Assembly (NCBI GenBank): GCA_021789945.1
Contig: JAJYIS010000002.1
Coordinates: 5,379 to 69,378 of the forward strand
Direction of reading: 5' to 3'
Source of the DNA: Thermoplasmata archaeon
Lineage (GTDB): Archaea > Thermoplasmatota > Thermoplasmata > UBA10834
DNA: 64,000 nt
Positions within the stretch are counted from its first letter, which is position 1. Each line of letters starts with the position of its first letter. The notes under the pieces were generated by a model. That model had not been told where the DNA came from. It worked only from the letters and a program-made list of their open reading frames with translations, and ran no database searches. Positions 59,852 to 64,000 of this stretch are shown one piece after another. The translations under genes and the position numbers were made by a program.

Positions 59852-61627
59852 ATGAGGGCGCTGTCAATACCCAAGCTGTTCGCGGGCATAGAGATATCCG
59901 AGTTCGACCTGCACCCGGACGGAACCAAGGCAGTCTGCTGCGTGAACCGAGGGAAGAACTGGGAGCTGGCCATCTTGGACCTCAAGAGGGGCGGGCTCTC
60001 CAGATTCCTCGCTGGGGACCAATCGCTCACTTCTCCACAGTATTCCCCGGATGGCTCGGATGTGATGTTCCAAACCGATTTCCAGGGGGACGAGGATCAC
60101 GACATAGTGGTTGCCAGCGTGAACGGACGCCAGCAGAGGAAGATCACTGATGGCGTCGCGGACAACTTCAACCCCGAGTTCTCCCCGGACGGCCAGAGGG
60201 TGGCGTTCCTTTCGAACAGGAAGGGAGACATCGAGAACATATACATGATCGGCTCACGCGGCGGCAAGATGACGCGGCTCACAGACGAGAAGCTGCCGGT
60301 GCGAGCGATAGCCTGGTCCCCGGACGGGGCCAAGATCGCATACCAGACCGGGATAGGAGACGAGGACTACGTGTCGGTAGTGGACGTCGAGCGGAGGAAG
60401 ACCACCAGACTGCTCTCGAAGGGGGATGTCGAATACGGCCTCACGAATGGATCAGGACCTGTCTCTCCTTGGAGCACGGACGGAAGGAGCCTTCTCTTCG
60501 TTTCGAACGAGTCCGATTCCGTGGACATCGGGTCGATCGACCTCCGGACGCGGAAGAGAAAGTGGGTCGCGAGGAGCAAGAATGAGAAGTATCAGCCTCA
60601 ATGGTCGCCCGACGGATCTGCACTCGCCTACCTCGAGGTGGAGGACCCCGATATCGTCGTGAAGCTGAAGACTGGCAAGAAGACCGTCACGGTCTCTCCG
60701 AGTGACGGCGCCTCGAGGCAGCTGAGGTGGTCTCCGAACGGGGACAGGGTGTACTTCATCAACAGCTCCGCGGTCAGGAAGACCGAGGTGTACGCCGCGA
60801 CCACCGCATCGAGGGCGATCACCGAGCTGCACCCAGTTTCGCCCCCCAGGAGCCAGCTGTCCTACCCGAAGCTCATCCGGTTCAAATCGTTCGACGGCCG
60901 GCGGATACCGGCCCTGCTGTATCTGCCGAAGGACACTTCTCGCAGGGCGGGGATAGTCCTTCCGCATGGCGGCCCCGAGGACCAGACTGTGAACGAGTGG
61001 GACCAGCTGGTACAGATGATAACGGACAAGGGCTACGCCGTCATCGAGCCGAATTACAGGGGCTCGACCGGCTACGGCAGGAGGTTCCTCCACCTTCACG
61101 ACAAGGACCTCGGCGGAGGCGACGTGCTTGACACGGTCTACGCCGGGAAATACATGCTCGAGCAAGGGCTCGCCGAGAAGGACAAGCTCGCGTACTGGGG
61201 AGCGAGCTACAGCGGGTTCACCTGCATGATGGCGCTCACGAAGTATCCTGACATGTGGGCCGCTGGCGTCTCGATCGTCGGGTTCTTCGACTGGGCGACC
61301 GAGATCGAGAGCGAGAGGGGATACCTGCAGGCCTACGACCACAAGAAGATGGGCGACCCGAAGAAGGACCCTGAGTTCTTCAGGGAGCGCTCGCCGATAA
61401 ACTTCCTGCAGAACATCAATGCCCCGCTCCTGATGACCGCCTCGTCCCAGGATGTGCGGTGCCCTCCGACGGAGTCGAGGGCGGTCGTCGCGAGGCTGAA
61501 GAAGCTGGGGAAGACCTTCGAGTACCACGAGTACAAGGACGAGGGGCACTGGCCGAGGAAGAGGAAGAACTTGATGGACCTGTATCTCCGGTCCGTCCGG
61601 TTCCTCGAGAAGCACGTGCCGAGATGA
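59852..61627 (+). CDS. S9 family serine peptidase (beta-propeller plus alpha/beta hydrolase)
   Basis: 591 aa; PD40-like repeats; GASYSGF nucleophile elbow; catalytic D and H downstream. Confidence 0.8.
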   Translation: MRALSIPKLFAGIEISEFDLHPDGTKAVCCVNRGKNWELAILDLKRGGLSRFLAGDQSLTSPQYSPDGSDVMFQTDFQGDEDHDIVVASVNGRQQRKITDGVADNFNPEFSPDGQRVAFLSNRKGDIENIYMIGSRGGKMTRLTDEKLPVRAIAWSPDGAKIAYQTGIGDEDYVSVVDVERRKTTRLLSKGDVEYGLTNGSGPVSPWSTDGRSLLFVSNESDSVDIGSIDLRTRKRKWVARSKNEKYQPQWSPDGSALAYLEVEDPDIVVKLKTGKKTVTVSPSDGASRQLRWSPNGDRVYFINSSAVRKTEVYAATTASRAITELHPVSPPRSQLSYPKLIRFKSFDGRRIPALLYLPKDTSRRAGIVLPHGGPEDQTVNEWDQLVQMITDKGYAVIEPNYRGSTGYGRRFLHLHDKDLGGGDVLDTVYAGKYMLEQGLAEKDKLAYWGASYSGFTCMMALTKYPDMWAAGVSIVGFFDWATEIESERGYLQAYDHKKMGDPKKDPEFFRERSPINFLQNINAPLLMTASSQDVRCPPTESRAVVARLKKLGKTFEYHEYKDEGHWPRKRKNLMDLYLRSVRFLEKHVPR

Positions 61628-61633
61628 ATCGGG

Positions 61634-62596
61634 TCAGCGCCTGTAGTACGGGTTCATCAGGTCCTCGAAGCAGGAGAGGGCGGCGGCTGCGCCCCCGTGC
61701 ACGGCGGCCACGATCTGCCTGATACCGCCTGAGACATCGCCCGCCGCGTACACGAACGGCACGTTCGTCCTGAAGGACTTGTCCACACTGACGAACCCTC
61801 CCTGGTCCATGTCGAGGCCGAGCTCGGCCGCGAGCTGGCTGCTCGGCACTTCCCCGACGGCGATGAACACGCCGTTGACGGGCTTGGTGTGAACGGCACC
61901 CGTCTTGAGGTCCCTGAGCCTTATCGCCGTGACCTCATCCTTCCCGACGATCTCCTCCACGACCGTGTTCCAGAATACCGGGATGTTGTTCTTCCGGATG
62001 CTCTCATGGAGATGCCTGTCGGCCCTGAAGGAGTCCCGCCTGTGAACGATGGAGAGCTTGCAGCCGATCGAGTGTAGGTACAGAGCGTCGGTGAGAGCGG
62101 TGTTGCCGCCGCCAACGACGACGACCTCGCGGCCCTTGTAGAAGAATCCGTCGCAGGTGGCGCAGTAGCTCACTCCCTTGCCCACCATGCCCTCCTCGCC
62201 TGCGACATCCAGCTTCCTGTGGATCGCGCCCGTCGTTAGTATGATCGCGCGCGCGAGGTACCTGCCGGAGTTGGTCGTGATCTCGAACCTGTCCCCGCCC
62301 CTGACCCTGAGGACCTCCTCGCCCTCCTTGATGTCGACGTACCTGCGGGCGTGGTCCGACATCGCGTCCATCAGCTTCATGCCTGGAATCTCGGGGAAGC
62401 CGGGGTAGTTCTCGATCGATGGGCTAGTGAGGACCTGCCCGCCCGGCACGCCCTTCTCGAGTATGATACATTCAAGGCCCGCGCGCTTCGCGTATATTCC
62501 CGCCGAGAGGCCTGCGGGCCCGCCTCCGATGACGACGACATCGTATTCGCCGACGACTGCGTCGCCCTGACTTGACGAGATGCCTTCGATGGTCAT
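61634..62596 (-). CDS. trxB: thioredoxin-disulfide reductase
   Basis: FAD GGGPAG; redox CATCDGFF; NADPH GGGNTA. Confidence 0.85.
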   Translation of the reverse strand: MTIEGISSSQGDAVVGEYDVVVIGGGPAGLSAGIYAKRAGLECIILEKGVPGGQVLTSPSIENYPGFPEIPGMKLMDAMSDHARRYVDIKEGEEVLRVRGGDRFEITTNSGRYLARAIILTTGAIHRKLDVAGEEGMVGKGVSYCATCDGFFYKGREVVVVGGGNTALTDALYLHSIGCKLSIVHRRDSFRADRHLHESIRKNNIPVFWNTVVEEIVGKDEVTAIRLRDLKTGAVHTKPVNGVFIAVGEVPSSQLAAELGLDMDQGGFVSVDKSFRTNVPFVYAAGDVSGGIRQIVAAVHGGAAAALSCFEDLMNPYYRR

Positions 62597-62782
62597 CGGC
62601 TAAGCGCATCACGTCCAAGTGTATATACAATTCACCCCTGTCACCGCGTGCGAAGGTAAGCCCGGATAACCACCCCAATACCATCAAATACGCTCCTGAA
62701 CACTCACAGAGACGGAGACGCGACTGCTTCGAAACAGGAGATCTGGGCGCTCCGTGAGCATCCAGATCGACCGGAGGAAAAG

Positions 62783-64000
62783 ATGGAGCCGGGGACGATT
62801 ACCGCCTTCTTGGCAATCGGTGCCGCGATCATCGTCGGGTTCTTCGGGAACGCGGTCTTCGCGAAATACCGGGTCCCTGATGTCCTCATCCTAGTCGCAT
62901 TCGGGATGCTGATCGGCCCGGACATACTCGGTTCGAGATTCAACCTCGTCACTGACAGCACGATCCTGGATGTCAACAAGTACAGAGACATCTTCCTCTC
63001 GATCGCGCTCGTGGTCGTCCTGTTCGACGGTGGACTGTCGCTTGATCTGAAGAGCGTCATGCAGTCGGCCAGGCTCTCGCTGTTCATGTCGGTCCTGACG
63101 TTCCTGCTGGAGATGCTGATCATCGCGACAGTGGTGAACCTCATCAGCCATGTGGACTTCACAATCTGCCTGATACTCGGCGGAATCGTCGGAGGCACCA
63201 CGGAGGCGGTCGTGATCCCGATCGCGTCCAAGATGCGCATAAAGGAGAAGACAAAGGCGATGCTCATCATGGAGTCCGTGCTCACCGACGTGATAGTGAT
63301 CGTCACCGTCCTCGCGCTGATCAAGGTGGTCCAGATCGGAGGGGTGAGCCCTGTTGTGTTCATAGAGGACCTCGCGGTGAAGTTCCTCATCGCCGGAGCG
63401 ATCGGCCTAGCCGCCGGAGTCGCGTGGCTGTTCGTGCTCCAGCGCCTGCACAACCAGCCGCTCTCGTACATGCTGTCGGTGGGCGTGCTATTCGCGATCG
63501 CGGGGCTGGTCGAGCTCCCCCCGATCGGCAGCTCGAGCGCCGTCGCCGCGCTGATGTTCGGCCTCACAATCGGGAACAGGCAGTACATCAAGAAGAGGCT
63601 GACGTCCAGGTTCCTCACCCTGCCCTCGAACGAGTACCTCCAGCAATTCAGCACGGAGATCACCTTCTTCGTCCGGACATTCTTCTTCGTCTACCTCGGG
63701 CTCCTTTTCGACTTCCACTCGTTCACCGCGATCCACCTCGCGCTCGGCCTCCTGATGATCAGCATCATCGTGTTTGCGAGGAGGATCACCTCGTTCATCG
63801 CCTCGAGGATTGGAGACCTCGACCCCGTGGACGCGACGGCAGTCTTCGCCATGATGCCGAAGGGGCTGTCCGCGGCCGTGCTGGCGACCCTGCCTGCCGC
63901 GATGCTCTCCGGCACGACCATATGGGAGTCCACGCCCGCCCACTGGAAGCTCGACATCCTGTTCGTGAACGTGACCCTAATCGTCATACTCGGCACGACG
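62783..64000 (+). CDS. Na+/H+ antiporter, CPA1/NhaP family (N-terminal 406 codons; continues beyond window)
   Basis: Not in ORF track (no stop in window). GGAGG RBS at 62773-62777, ATG 62783; manual translation MEPGTITAFLAIGAAIIVGFFGNAVFAKYRVPDVLILVAFGMLIGP... multi-TM NhaP-like. Confidence 0.7.
   Translation, partial: MEPGTITAFLAIGAAIIVGFFGNAVFAKYRVPDVLILVAFGMLIGPDILGSRFNLVTDSTILDVNKYRDIFLSIALVVVLFDGGLSLDLKSVMQSARLSLFMSVLTFLLEMLIIATVVNLISHVDFTICLILGGIVGGTTEAVVIPIASKMRIKEKTKAMLIMESVLTDVIVIVTVLALIKVVQIGGVSPVVFIEDLAVKFLIAGAIGLAAGVAWLFVLQRLHNQPLSYMLSVGVLFAIAGLVELPPIGSSSAVAALMFGLTIGNRQYIKKRLTSRFLTLPSNEYLQQFSTEITFFVRTFFFVYLGLLFDFHSFTAIHLALGLLMISIIVFARRITSFIASRIGDLDPVDATAVFAMMPKGLSAAVLATLPAAMLSGTTIWESTPAHWKLDILFVNVTLIVILGTT

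Noticed and set aside
62704-63663. 319-aa minus-strand ORF
   Set aside because: Antisense of the NhaP-type antiporter gene that starts at 62783 with a GGAGG RBS; translation is low-complexity S/T/I-rich.
1-64000. CRISPR arrays, transposases, integrases, large direct repeats
   Set aside because: None seen on reading through; the only repeat-like signal is the tRNA 3-prime-end fragment reported above.

Overview
High-GC, gene-dense chromosomal segment that looks archaeal. Evidence for archaeal origin: a tRNA-Glu with an intron at the canonical 37/38 position, Elp3, aTrm56, a Sec61beta-like gene, CDC48, PRC-barrel proteins, the siroheme-dependent Ahb heme pathway, and BRE/TATA-like motifs 25-35 nt upstream of tRNAs. 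Content is mostly housekeeping: (1) a tightly coupled 10-gene heme operon on the minus strand (two radical SAM AhbC/AhbD-type genes, fused ahbA/B, sirC-like, hemA, hemB, hemL, hemC, cobA, hemD); (2) a large N-glycosylation-rich surface (S-layer-like) protein; (3) a complete bacterial-style histidine operon (hisG-D-C-H-A-B-F-IE plus PHP histidinol phosphatase) with an orphan NikR next to it; (4) a GAF histidine kinase plus REC-only regulator; (5) class II LysRS; (6) pyruvate:ferredoxin oxidoreductase with fused gamma-delta; (7) CDC48, a TPR protein pair, Elp3, a NitT/TauT-type ABC transporter, and a thiol/redox-stress cluster (OsmC, Trx, nitroreductase, Prx, AhpD-like, TrxB); (8) Amt, an S9 peptidase, and tRNA-Asn and tRNA-Met. 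The ORF track uses alternative start codons and often over-extends N-termini across the upstream gene; true starts are mostly at ATGA-type overlaps. Long antisense shadow ORFs are common because of the GC content. Two genes cut by the window edges are absent from the track (formamidase-like 1-685, NhaP-type antiporter from 62783). No CRISPR array, transposase or integrase was seen. The only clear accessory signal is a small low-GC nucleotidyltransferase islet between tRNA-Glu and a tRNA 3-prime-end-like fragment.
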